Positions 25,975 to 34,714 of a DNA stretch of 64,000 bases are shown piece after piece. Each line of letters opens with the position of its first letter. The stretch's first letter is position 1. The notes below the pieces were generated by a model. That model was not told the DNA's origin. It was given only the letters and a program-made list of their open reading frames with translations, and made no database searches. The DNA is from Rhodobacteraceae bacterium UBA6197 (GTDB lineage: Bacteria > Pseudomonadota > Alphaproteobacteria > Rhodobacterales > Rhodobacteraceae): NCBI GenBank assembly GCA_002422085.1, contig DISZ01000006.1, forward strand, positions 28,212-92,211, in the 5' to 3' direction. A program made the position numbers and the translations under genes.

Positions 25975-27552
25975 ATGGCAGAGGTTGAGACTTCGGGGCG
26001 GCAGGAAACTGCCGCCTCACCTTCCGCCGCAGCCGTTCCCGCGATCGAATTGCGCGGGATCTCCAAGGCGTTTGGCCCCGTGCAAGCCAACAAGGACATC
26101 GCGATCCGGGTGATGCCCGGCACCATTCACGGCATCATCGGTGAAAATGGCGCCGGAAAATCGACGCTGATGTCGATCCTTTACGGTTTTTACAAGGCCG
26201 ACGCGGGCGAGATATTCATCGCGGGCCGCCTGACCGCCATACCCGACAGCCAGGCCGCAATCCGCGCCGGCATCGGCATGGTGTTTCAGCACTTCAAGCT
26301 GGTGCAGAACTTCACCGTTCTTGAAAACGTCATTCTGGGTGCCGAAGAGGGCAGGCTGTTGCGGCCGTCACTTGCCAAGGCGCGCCGTGTGCTGACCCAA
26401 CTGGCCGAGGAATACGAGCTGGACGTGGACCCCGACGCGCTGATCGAAGACCTGTCGGTCGGGCATTTGCAGCGGGTCGAGATCCTCAAGGCGCTGTATC
26501 GGCAGGCCGATATCCTGATTCTGGACGAGCCCACCGGCGTGCTGACCCCGGACGAGGCCGACCACCTGTTTCGCATCCTCAACGGGCTGAAGGATCAGGG
26601 CAAGACGATCATCCTGATCACTCACAAGCTGCGCGAGATCATGGAAATAACCGATACGGTTTCGGTCATGCGCCGTGGCGAGATGACGGCCACCGTCAAG
26701 ACCTCGCAGACCAGCCCCGAGGCGCTGGCCGAGTTGATGGTGGGGCGCAAGGTGCTGCTGGATGTGGCCAAGGGCCCGGCCAACCCCGGCGCCACCGTGC
26801 TGACCGTGGAAAACCTGCGCGTCGTGGACGAAGACAATGTCGAGCGGCTCAAGGGCATCAACCTGACGATCCGTGCGGGTGAGATCCTCGGGATTGCGGG
26901 CGTGGCAGGCAATGGCCAGTCCGAATTGCTCAAGGTGCTGGGTGGTTTTGCCAATGCCACTGGCCGGATCACCGTCAATGGCGCGGAAATCGACCTGTCG
27001 GGCAAGCATTCCGACGGCCAGACGCGGCGCGCGCGCGGCATTGCCCATGTGCCCGAAGACCGCCAGCATCTGGGCCTGATCATGGATTTTTCCGCTTGGG
27101 AAAACATCGCCTTTGGCTATCACAACGACCCCGCCTATCAGAAAAACGCGCTGTTGATGGATAACGCCGCGCTGATTGCCGATACCGAGGGCAAGATGAA
27201 GCGCTTTGACGTGCGTCCGCCGATCCCGAGCCTTGCGGCGAAATCGTTTTCTGGCGGCAACCAGCAAAAAATCGTTCTGGCGCGCGAGATCGAGCGCAAC
27301 CCCGATCTTTTGCTGGTCGGTCAGCCGACCCGCGGCGTTGACATCGGCGCGATCGAATTCATCCACCAGCGCATCATCGAGCTACGCGACGCCGGCAAGG
27401 CGGTGTTGCTGGTTTCGGTCGAACTGGACGAAATCCTGTCGCTTTCCGATCGGATCGCGGTCATGTTCGACGGCCGCATCATGGGCGAACGCCTGCCCGA
27501 CAAAACCGACGAGCGCGAATTGGGCCTGTTGATGGCCGGAGTGGACAGCTGA
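25975..27552 (+). CDS. ABC transporter ATP-binding protein (duplicated ATPase)
   Basis: GENGAGKST is a Walker A motif, with LSVGHLQRVEILKAL, ILDEPT, and a second signature FSGGNQQK. Confidence 0.95.
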   Translation: MAEVETSGRQETAASPSAAAVPAIELRGISKAFGPVQANKDIAIRVMPGTIHGIIGENGAGKSTLMSILYGFYKADAGEIFIAGRLTAIPDSQAAIRAGIGMVFQHFKLVQNFTVLENVILGAEEGRLLRPSLAKARRVLTQLAEEYELDVDPDALIEDLSVGHLQRVEILKALYRQADILILDEPTGVLTPDEADHLFRILNGLKDQGKTIILITHKLREIMEITDTVSVMRRGEMTATVKTSQTSPEALAELMVGRKVLLDVAKGPANPGATVLTVENLRVVDEDNVERLKGINLTIRAGEILGIAGVAGNGQSELLKVLGGFANATGRITVNGAEIDLSGKHSDGQTRRARGIAHVPEDRQHLGLIMDFSAWENIAFGYHNDPAYQKNALLMDNAALIADTEGKMKRFDVRPPIPSLAAKSFSGGNQQKIVLAREIERNPDLLLVGQPTRGVDIGAIEFIHQRIIELRDAGKAVLLVSVELDEILSLSDRIAVMFDGRIMGERLPDKTDERELGLLMAGVDS

Positions 27553-28643
27553 TGGAAAAACTACCCAGATGGGCGGATCTGATCCTGATCCCGGCAATCA
27601 ACCTGTTGATCGCCTTTGCCATTTCCGCGCTGGTCATTCTGGCGATTGGCGAAGACCCGGTGAACGCGATCCGGCTGATGGTCTCGGGGGCGCTCGGCTC
27701 GGCCTACGGCTGGGGCTATACGCTCTATTACGCGACCAACTTCATCTTTACCGGGCTGGCCGTCGCGGTGGCGTTTCACGCCAGTCAGTTCAACATCGGC
27801 GGTGAGGGGCAGGCGACGCTGGGCGGGCTGGGGGTGGCGCTGGTCTGTCTGGCCCTGCCCTGGCCGCACTGGACGCTGGCGCTGCTGGCGGCCAGCCTTG
27901 GGGCGGCGCTGTTCGGCGCGGCCTGGGCGGCGATTCCGGCATGGCTTCAGGCCAAGCGCGGCAGCCATATCGTCATCACCACGATCATGTTCAACTTTAT
28001 CGGCGCCAGCCTGCTGAATTACATACTGGTCAATATCATGCGCCCGGTCGGCAGCATGGACCCGGCCACCGCGCGCTTTCCGGCCGGGGCCAAGCTTCCG
28101 TCGCTACATGACATTCCGGGGCTTGGGCTGATCTTCGGCAAATCCACCCCGGCCAATGTCACGCTGTTCATCGCGCTGGCGGCCTGCGTGGCGGTCTGGG
28201 CGCTGATCTGGCACACACGGCTGGGCTATCAGATCCGCGCTTTCGGCAAATCCGAGGCGGCGGCCCGCTACGCCGGGATCAACCCGGTCAAGATCATCAT
28301 GGTGGCGATGCTGATCTCAGGCGCGTTGTCAGGGATGATGGCCATCAACAACGTCATGGGTGAAAGCGAACGGCTGGTGTTGAACGCGGTCGAGGGCGCG
28401 GGCTTTATCGGCATCGCGGTGGCGCTGATGGGGCGCAATCACCCGTTCGGCGTGTTTCTGGCGGCAATCCTGTTTGGCTTTCTGTATCAGGGCGGCGCGG
28501 AACTTGCGCTGGAAACGGCGATCCCGCGCGAATTGATTACCGTCATTCAGGCGCTGGTCATCCTGTTTACCGGGGCCTTGGACAACATGGTCCGCCGACC
28601 GGTCGAACGGGCCTTCCTGCGCGCCGGCAAGGAGGCGCAATGA
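27552..28643 (+). CDS. ABC transporter permease
   Basis: 363-aa polytopic membrane protein. It overlaps the upstream gene in the start/stop context TGATG. Confidence 0.9.
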   Translation: MEKLPRWADLILIPAINLLIAFAISALVILAIGEDPVNAIRLMVSGALGSAYGWGYTLYYATNFIFTGLAVAVAFHASQFNIGGEGQATLGGLGVALVCLALPWPHWTLALLAASLGAALFGAAWAAIPAWLQAKRGSHIVITTIMFNFIGASLLNYILVNIMRPVGSMDPATARFPAGAKLPSLHDIPGLGLIFGKSTPANVTLFIALAACVAVWALIWHTRLGYQIRAFGKSEAAARYAGINPVKIIMVAMLISGALSGMMAINNVMGESERLVLNAVEGAGFIGIAVALMGRNHPFGVFLAAILFGFLYQGGAELALETAIPRELITVIQALVILFTGALDNMVRRPVERAFLRAGKEAQ

Positions 28644-29608
28644 TGGATTTTCCGACACTGATCCAGATCCTCGATTCCACCGTGCGCCTTGGCGTGCCGT
28701 TGCTGCTGGCCTGTCTGGCGGGGCTTTATTCGGAACGCGCCGGTGTGTTCGACATCGGGCTGGAAGGCAAGATGCTGATGGCGGCCTTTTTCTCGGGCGC
28801 GATTGCGGCGGTCACCGGGTCGGCGTGGCTGGGCCTTCTCGCCGGTATCGCAGGGTCAATGAGCCTTGCCGTCGTGCACGGTCTGGCCGCGATCACCTTT
28901 CGCGGCAACCAGTTGATTTCAGGCGTGGCAGTGAACTTTCTGGCCTCGGGCTTTACAGTGCTGATCGCGCAAAGCTGGTTTCACGAGGGCGGGCGCACCC
29001 CGGCGCTGATGTCGGGCGGGCGTTTTGGCCCGATCATCCTGCCCGGCGCCGAGGCGCTGCGTGAGGTGCCGGTGCTGGGGCCGATCTATTACGAGTTGCT
29101 GTCGGGCCATTCGATTCTGGTTTATGTGGCCTTTGCCTGTGTGCCGCTGACGTGGTGGGTGCTGTTTCGCACCCGCTTCGGGTTGCGGCTGCGGGCGGTC
29201 GGCGAAAACCCCGCCGCGGTCGATACTGCCGGGGTGTCGGTGGTGCGGCTGCGCTACAGCGCGATCGCGATTGCCGGGCTTTTGTGCGGTCTGGCGGGCA
29301 CCTATCTGGCGATCAGCCTTTCGGCAGGGTTTGGCAAGGAAATGACCGGCGGGCGCGGCTTCATCGCGCTGGCGGCGCTGATCTTTGCCAAGTGGCGCCC
29401 GGTTCCGGCGCTGGGGGCGACGATGCTGTTCGGCTTTCTTGAGGCGATCGCCAACCGCTACCAGAACATTGATCTGGGCATCGTGGTGCTGCCGGTTCAA
29501 TTCATGCAGGCGCTGCCCTATATCCTGACCGTCATCATTCTTGCCGGTTTCGTCGGCAAGGCGATCCCGCCGCGCGCGGGCGGAGAGCCCTATGTCAAAG
29601 AGCGCTGA
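28640..29608 (+). CDS. ABC transporter permease
   Basis: 322-aa polytopic membrane protein with an ATGA overlap to the previous permease gene. Confidence 0.9.
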   Translation: MMDFPTLIQILDSTVRLGVPLLLACLAGLYSERAGVFDIGLEGKMLMAAFFSGAIAAVTGSAWLGLLAGIAGSMSLAVVHGLAAITFRGNQLISGVAVNFLASGFTVLIAQSWFHEGGRTPALMSGGRFGPIILPGAEALREVPVLGPIYYELLSGHSILVYVAFACVPLTWWVLFRTRFGLRLRAVGENPAAVDTAGVSVVRLRYSAIAIAGLLCGLAGTYLAISLSAGFGKEMTGGRGFIALAALIFAKWRPVPALGATMLFGFLEAIANRYQNIDLGIVVLPVQFMQALPYILTVIILAGFVGKAIPPRAGGEPYVKER

Positions 29609-30395
29609 GCTTGCCGCCCTGATCCAATCGCGCGCGGGGGTCGAGCCACCGCGTCTGGGGCTGATCCTCGGGTCCGGTCTGGGCCATCTGGCCGAGGCGG
29701 TCGAGGGTGTGGCCATCCCCTACACCGACCTGCCGGGCTTTCCCCATGCCGGCGTGTCGGGGCACAACCCCAAGCTGGTGATCGGCACGCTGGAAGGCGT
29801 GCGCGTGGCGGTGTTCGGCGGCCGCGCGCATTACTATGAACGTGGCAACCCCGCCGAGATGCGGTTGCCGCTTGAGGTTCTGGCCGCGCTGGGATGCGGC
29901 AGCCTGCTGTTGACCAACGCCGCCGGGTCCTTGCGCGCCGACATCGCGCCGGGCGGGTTGATGCTGCTCAATGACCACATCGCCTTTGCCGGGACCAACC
30001 CGCTGATCGGCGAGCCCTCGGATGCCCGCTTTGTGCCGCTGACCGAGGCCCATGACCCGCTGATCCGCGCAGCCCTTGCCGCCGCCGCCGCCGCCGAGGG
30101 CGTCGATCTGCCCGAGGGTATCTATTGCTGGTTCTCCGGCCCGTCGTTCGAAACCCCCGCCGAGATCCGCGCCGCGCGGATTCTGGGCGCCGATGCGGTC
30201 GGCATGTCAACGGTTCCCGAAGTGATCCTCGCGCGGTTTCTGGGGTTGCGGGTCGCCGCCGTCTCGGTGGTGACCAACATGGGCGCCGGGATGTCCTCCG
30301 AGGCGATCAGCCACGAACACACCAAGGCGATGGCGCCGCTTGGCGCGGCCAAGCTGGAACGCGTGCTGCGACGATACTTGCGAGACTTGCGCTGA
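29592..30395 (+). CDS. purine-nucleoside phosphorylase (trimeric PNP family)
   Basis: LILGSGLG.., GRAHYYE, LTNAAGSL, FSGPSFETPAE, VGMSTVPE and VTNMGAG. The start is at ATG 29592. Confidence 0.9.
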   Translation: MSKSAELAALIQSRAGVEPPRLGLILGSGLGHLAEAVEGVAIPYTDLPGFPHAGVSGHNPKLVIGTLEGVRVAVFGGRAHYYERGNPAEMRLPLEVLAALGCGSLLLTNAAGSLRADIAPGGLMLLNDHIAFAGTNPLIGEPSDARFVPLTEAHDPLIRAALAAAAAAEGVDLPEGIYCWFSGPSFETPAEIRAARILGADAVGMSTVPEVILARFLGLRVAAVSVVTNMGAGMSSEAISHEHTKAMAPLGAAKLERVLRRYLRDLR

Positions 30396-30471
30396 GCGAT
30401 CCCGGACCGGGGTTTGACACCGCCCCCCCACAGGGGCAAGATTTCGCTACCTCTTTTCGCCAAGGCCAAAG

Positions 30472-31389
30472 ATGCAGATCTACCTGCCCATCGCCGAGGT
30501 TTCGATCAACGTTTTCCTGCTTTTGGGGCTTGGGGGGCTGGTCGGGATATTGTCTGGTCTGTTCGGCGTCGGGGGCGGTTTCCTGATCACGCCCTTGCTG
30601 TTCTTCATCGGCATTCCACCCACTGTGGCGGTGGCGACCGGGGCCAATCAGGTCGTCGCCTCAAGCGTCTCGGGGGTGTTGACGCAATTCAAGCGCAAGG
30701 CGGTGGATGTGCCGATGGGGCTGGTGCTGCTGGCCGGCGGCATGCTGGGTTCAGGCCTTGGGATCTGGGCGTTCAACCTGCTGACCAAGCTGGGCCAGAT
30801 CGACCTTGTGGTGCAACTGTCCTACGTCGTCTTTCTGGGGGCGATCGGGCTGCTGATGCTACTGGAAAGCCTGCGGGCGATGAACCGGGCGCGCAAGTCC
30901 AGCAAACCGGTCAAGCGCCATCAGCACAACTGGGTTCACAACCTGCCGCTGAAGCTGAAGTTCCGCGCTTCGGGGCTTTATATCTCGGTCTTCCCACCGC
31001 TGGCGATCGGGCTTCTGGTGGGGGTTCTGGCGGCGATCATGGGGGTCGGCGGCGGCTTCATCATGGTGCCTGCGATGATCTACCTTTTGGGGATGCCGAC
31101 CAAGGTGGTGATCGGCACCTCGCTGTTTCAGATCATCTTCGTCACCGCATTCACGACCGTCATGCACGCGGTCACCAACCAGTCGGTCGATGTCTTGCTG
31201 GCCTTGATGCTGATCCTGGGCGGAGTCGTCGGCGCGCAGATCGGCAGCCGCGTGGGGGCGCGTCTGAAGGCCGAACAACTGCGCATCCTGCTGGCGCTTC
31301 TGGTCATCATCGTGGCGTTCAAGCTGGGGCTTGATCTGCTGATCCGCCCGACTGAATTGTATTCGCTGTCTGCCGGAGGGCAGCCATGA
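30472..31389 (+). CDS. TauE/SafE family anion exporter
   Basis: 305-aa membrane protein with the duplicated GVGGGFLITP and GVGGGFIMVPAM motifs. Confidence 0.85.
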   Translation: MQIYLPIAEVSINVFLLLGLGGLVGILSGLFGVGGGFLITPLLFFIGIPPTVAVATGANQVVASSVSGVLTQFKRKAVDVPMGLVLLAGGMLGSGLGIWAFNLLTKLGQIDLVVQLSYVVFLGAIGLLMLLESLRAMNRARKSSKPVKRHQHNWVHNLPLKLKFRASGLYISVFPPLAIGLLVGVLAAIMGVGGGFIMVPAMIYLLGMPTKVVIGTSLFQIIFVTAFTTVMHAVTNQSVDVLLALMLILGGVVGAQIGSRVGARLKAEQLRILLALLVIIVAFKLGLDLLIRPTELYSLSAGGQP

Positions 31390-32141
31390 TCCGGGTCTTG
31401 ATCATTTTCATCCTGGCGGCGTTTCCGGCACGTGCCGAACAGGTCGTCGCGGGCCTCAGCCAGAACTCGATCGGCATCACCGCCAGCTTTGACGGCTCGG
31501 CGATCCTGATCTACGGCGCGGTCAAGCGCGACGCCCCCGAACCCACCGGCCCACCGCTCGAGGTGATCGTGACGCTTGAAGGCCCCTCCGTGCCCGTCAC
31601 CATCCGCCACAAAAGCCGCGAAGTGGGGATCTGGGTCAACACCGAGGCCGTCGGCGTCGCAGCCGCGCCCAGCTATTATGCCGTGGCCAGCACTGGCCCC
31701 CTGAGCAAGATCCTGTCACCCGACGAAGACGTGCGCCAGCGGATCTCGGTGCCGCTGGCCGTGCGCGCCTTTTCCGGCCCGCTGCTGGTTGAGGACGCGC
31801 GCCCCTTTACCGAGGCGCTGTTGCGCATCCGCGAAGCAGAGGGCCTTTACCAGTTGGAGCAGCACGGCGTGACGCTGGTCGAGAATACGCTTTTTCGGGC
31901 CGATTTCGATCTGCCCTCGAACCTGACCGAAGGCGACTACAAGGTGCGCATCTTTCTGCTGCGCGACGGGCAGGTCATCAATCAGCACCGCGCCGCGATT
32001 CCGGTGCGCAAGGTCGGGCTGGAACGCTGGCTTTTCGTGCTGTCGCGGGAACAGCCGCTGGCCTACGGGCTGATGTCGCTCGCGCTGGCGGTCTTTGCAG
32101 GCTGGGCGGCGTCGGCGCTGTTTCGCCTGATCCGCAATTGA
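31386..32141 (+). CDS. TIGR02186 family (Alph_Pro_TM) protein
   Basis: A signal peptide, a periplasmic domain and one C-terminal TM helix. It has an ATGA overlap with the TauE gene. The family name is from memory. Confidence 0.75.
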   Translation: MIRVLIIFILAAFPARAEQVVAGLSQNSIGITASFDGSAILIYGAVKRDAPEPTGPPLEVIVTLEGPSVPVTIRHKSREVGIWVNTEAVGVAAAPSYYAVASTGPLSKILSPDEDVRQRISVPLAVRAFSGPLLVEDARPFTEALLRIREAEGLYQLEQHGVTLVENTLFRADFDLPSNLTEGDYKVRIFLLRDGQVINQHRAAIPVRKVGLERWLFVLSREQPLAYGLMSLALAVFAGWAASALFRLIRN

Positions 32142-32393
32142 TCCGCCACGGGGCGCCAGCCTGTCTGGCCCGCAGCCCGGCCCTCCCCGCTGCAAGACCG
32201 GCGCGCCGCAAACCCGGCGCGCCACCGGGCCGACAAAGCGCCCCAGCCTGCCGTCGGCCCGACCCAGCCAAACACTCCCGTCGGTCCGCCCCGCCGGCCC
32301 GCCCCGGCCAACGCTCTGCGGGGGTTTCGGCTGCTTTCGCCCCGACCGGCCTCATGCTATCACCGCCAGGCGCGAACACGACCCCGGAGCCCC

Positions 32394-33593
32394 ATGAACA
32401 TCGGCCTCGCCAAGGTCTTTATCCTGTTGACCGTTCTGGTCGACGCGATCGGCATGGGGCTGATCTTTCCAGTCATGCCCGACCTTCTGGAAAGCATAAC
32501 CGGGCTTGATCTGGCGCATGCCGCGCTTTGGGGCGGGGTTCTGGCCACCTCGTATGCCGCGATGCAGTTTCTGTTCGGCCCGGTGGTGGGAAATCTTTCC
32601 GACGCCTTCGGCCGCCGCCGGGTGATGCTGACCGCGCTGGCGGTGATGGCGATCGACTACGCGATCATGGCGATGGCCAGCACGATATGGCTGCTGCTGA
32701 TTGGCCGGATCGTGGCCGGGATCACGGCGGCCACCCATGCCACCGCCTCGGCCTATATGGCCGACATTTCCAAACCGCACGAAAAGGCGCGCAATTTTGG
32801 TCTGATCGGCGCCGCCTTCGGGGTGGGTTTCGTGCTGGGGCCGGTCCTGGGCAGCCTGATGTCAACGATAGATCTGCGCGCGCCGTTCTGGGCGGCGGCG
32901 GCGATGGCCGGGGGCAATCTGATCTTTGGCGCGTTGGTCCTGCCCGAGACCGTGAACGATGCGATCCGCCGCCGCTTTTCATGGGCCCGCGCCAATCCGC
33001 TTTCGTCCTTTGGCGCGATCGGGCGGTTGCCGGGGATCCGGCGCTACCTTCTGGTGTTTTTCATCTTCAACATCGCGGGCTTTGTCTATCCGGCGATCTG
33101 GTCGTTTTACGGCAAGGCGCGCTTTGGCTGGGATCCGGTGATGATCGGGCTGTCACTTGCCGTCTTTGGCCTGTCGATGGCGCTGGTTCAGGCGGTGGCC
33201 GTCGCCCCCACGATCCGCAGATTCGGAGAACACCGCACCACGACCATCGGCTTCTCGCTCGAACTGGTGACCTTCATTGGCTATGGCTTCCTGACGTCCG
33301 GGTTCTGGGCGCTGGCGTTCACGCCCTTCGCCGCCATATCAGGGGTCGGAGGCCCGGCGCTGCAAGGCATCATGTCGAACGCCGCCCCCGACGATCAACA
33401 GGGCGAACTGCAGGGCGTGTTGTCGTCGCTTGCCGCGGTGGCAATGGGGATCTCGCCTCTGGTGATGACCGGAACCTTTGCCTATTTTACCCGCCCCGAG
33501 GCGCCGGTGCAGGCGCCCGGTGCGCCATTCTTGTTATCGGCGCTGCTGATGGTGGTCTGTGTGGTGATCCTGCTGATGCCGAAACGGGCCTAG
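32394..33593 (+). CDS. MFS transporter (TCR/Tet-like)
   Basis: 12-TM profile with the motif GNLSDAFGRRRVML. Confidence 0.9.
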   Translation: MNIGLAKVFILLTVLVDAIGMGLIFPVMPDLLESITGLDLAHAALWGGVLATSYAAMQFLFGPVVGNLSDAFGRRRVMLTALAVMAIDYAIMAMASTIWLLLIGRIVAGITAATHATASAYMADISKPHEKARNFGLIGAAFGVGFVLGPVLGSLMSTIDLRAPFWAAAAMAGGNLIFGALVLPETVNDAIRRRFSWARANPLSSFGAIGRLPGIRRYLLVFFIFNIAGFVYPAIWSFYGKARFGWDPVMIGLSLAVFGLSMALVQAVAVAPTIRRFGEHRTTTIGFSLELVTFIGYGFLTSGFWALAFTPFAAISGVGGPALQGIMSNAAPDDQQGELQGVLSSLAAVAMGISPLVMTGTFAYFTRPEAPVQAPGAPFLLSALLMVVCVVILLMPKRA

Positions 33594-34324
33594 CCGCGCC
33601 CGACAAAGGGCATGGTAGTGGCCATGACCGTCATCCGAAGCACATTCGCGCCCTGCGGCAGGCTGGCCATGTGCAAGACAGCGGCGGCAACCTCGGCCAC
33701 TTCCATCATCGGCTCGGGTCGGATGCTGCCATCGGCTTGTTGCACGCCGCTCTGCATCCGCGCGGCCAGTTCGGTGCGCACATTGCCAGTGTCGATCTGC
33801 CCTGCCGCGATTCCAAAGGGCCGCCCATCCAGCGCAAGCGTCTTGGTCAGCCCCGTGACCGCATGTTTGCTGGCCGTATAGCAAACCGAGCCAGGTCGCG
33901 GCGTGGTCGCGGCGATCGAGCCGTTGTTGATGATCCGCCCGCCCTGCGGGGTCTGCGCACGCATTTGCCCAAAGGCGGCACGGGCGCACAGAAACATCCC
34001 CGTGAGGTTCACATCCAGCGTGCCGCGCCATTCCTCAAGCGAAACCTCGTCAATCAAGGCCCCCTTCGGAAAACTCCCGGCATTGTTGAACAACACGTCA
34101 ATCCGCCCGAAACGCGCCACGACAGCCGAGAAGGCCGCCTTGACCGCAACTTCATCCGTCACGTCACAGGGCAAGGCCAGCGCTTCGGGGCAGCCCGCCG
34201 CCACCTCGTCCAATAGCGTAACGCGCCGCGCCAACAGCGCCACCTGCCAACCCTGCGCCAGCGCCCGCTCGGCCACCGCCCGGCCAATGCCGGAACTGGC
34301 CCCGGTCACGACCAACACAGCCAT
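33590..34324 (-). CDS. SDR family oxidoreductase
   Basis: VVTGASSGIGRAVA, NNAG and YTASKHAV (YxxxK). Confidence 0.9.
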   Translation of the reverse strand: MAVLVVTGASSGIGRAVAERALAQGWQVALLARRVTLLDEVAAGCPEALALPCDVTDEVAVKAAFSAVVARFGRIDVLFNNAGSFPKGALIDEVSLEEWRGTLDVNLTGMFLCARAAFGQMRAQTPQGGRIINNGSIAATTPRPGSVCYTASKHAVTGLTKTLALDGRPFGIAAGQIDTGNVRTELAARMQSGVQQADGSIRPEPMMEVAEVAAAVLHMASLPQGANVLRMTVMATTMPFVGRG

Positions 34325-34560
34325 CAGAACGCCTTGAAAGTCATCGTGGTCAGCGTGCGGCTGATGCCCGGAATGTCAAACAGCGCCTTGCTCAGAAAAT
34401 GGCCCACGTCCTCTTCTTCGGGGATATAGATCTTGGCGATCAGGTCATAGTCGCCCGACGTGGAATAAAGTTCGCTGACCACTTCGCGATCATAGATGGC
34501 ATCGGCCACCTCATAGGTCTTGCCCGGTTGGCACCGGAACTGAACAAAAACGCAGCGCAT
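34324..34560 (-). CDS. Lrp/AsnC ligand-binding (RAM) domain-only protein
   Basis: MRCVFVQFRCQPGKTYEVADAIYDREVVSELYSTSGDYDLIAKIY. It has no DNA-binding domain. A TGATG overlap joins it to the SDR gene. Confidence 0.75.
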   Translation of the reverse strand: MRCVFVQFRCQPGKTYEVADAIYDREVVSELYSTSGDYDLIAKIYIPEEEDVGHFLSKALFDIPGISRTLTTMTFKAF

Positions 34561-34624
34561 CCGCAGCCTCCCTTGAATTGTCGTCACAAGACTAGGCCGC
34601 TGTGCGACTGCTTTGAAGTCCTTG

Positions 34625-34710
34625 TTTCATCTTCGTCCAAATATCCCCGCCGGAGGCTTCTGCCGCTGCCGTGGGAGCCTCCGGCGGGGATATTTGGACG
34701 AAGATGAACG
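34625..34710. repeat. palindromic intergenic repeat, copy 3
   Basis: gtttcatcttcgtccaaatatccccgccggaggct, then a 17-nt loop, then agcctccggcggggatatttggacgaagatgaac. Confidence 0.9.
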
Positions 34711-34714
34711 CTGC

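Noticed and set aside
32528-34216. 562-aa plus-strand ORF
   Set aside because: It is an off-frame read through the MFS gene and an antisense read through the SDR gene. Both of those genes have canonical motifs.
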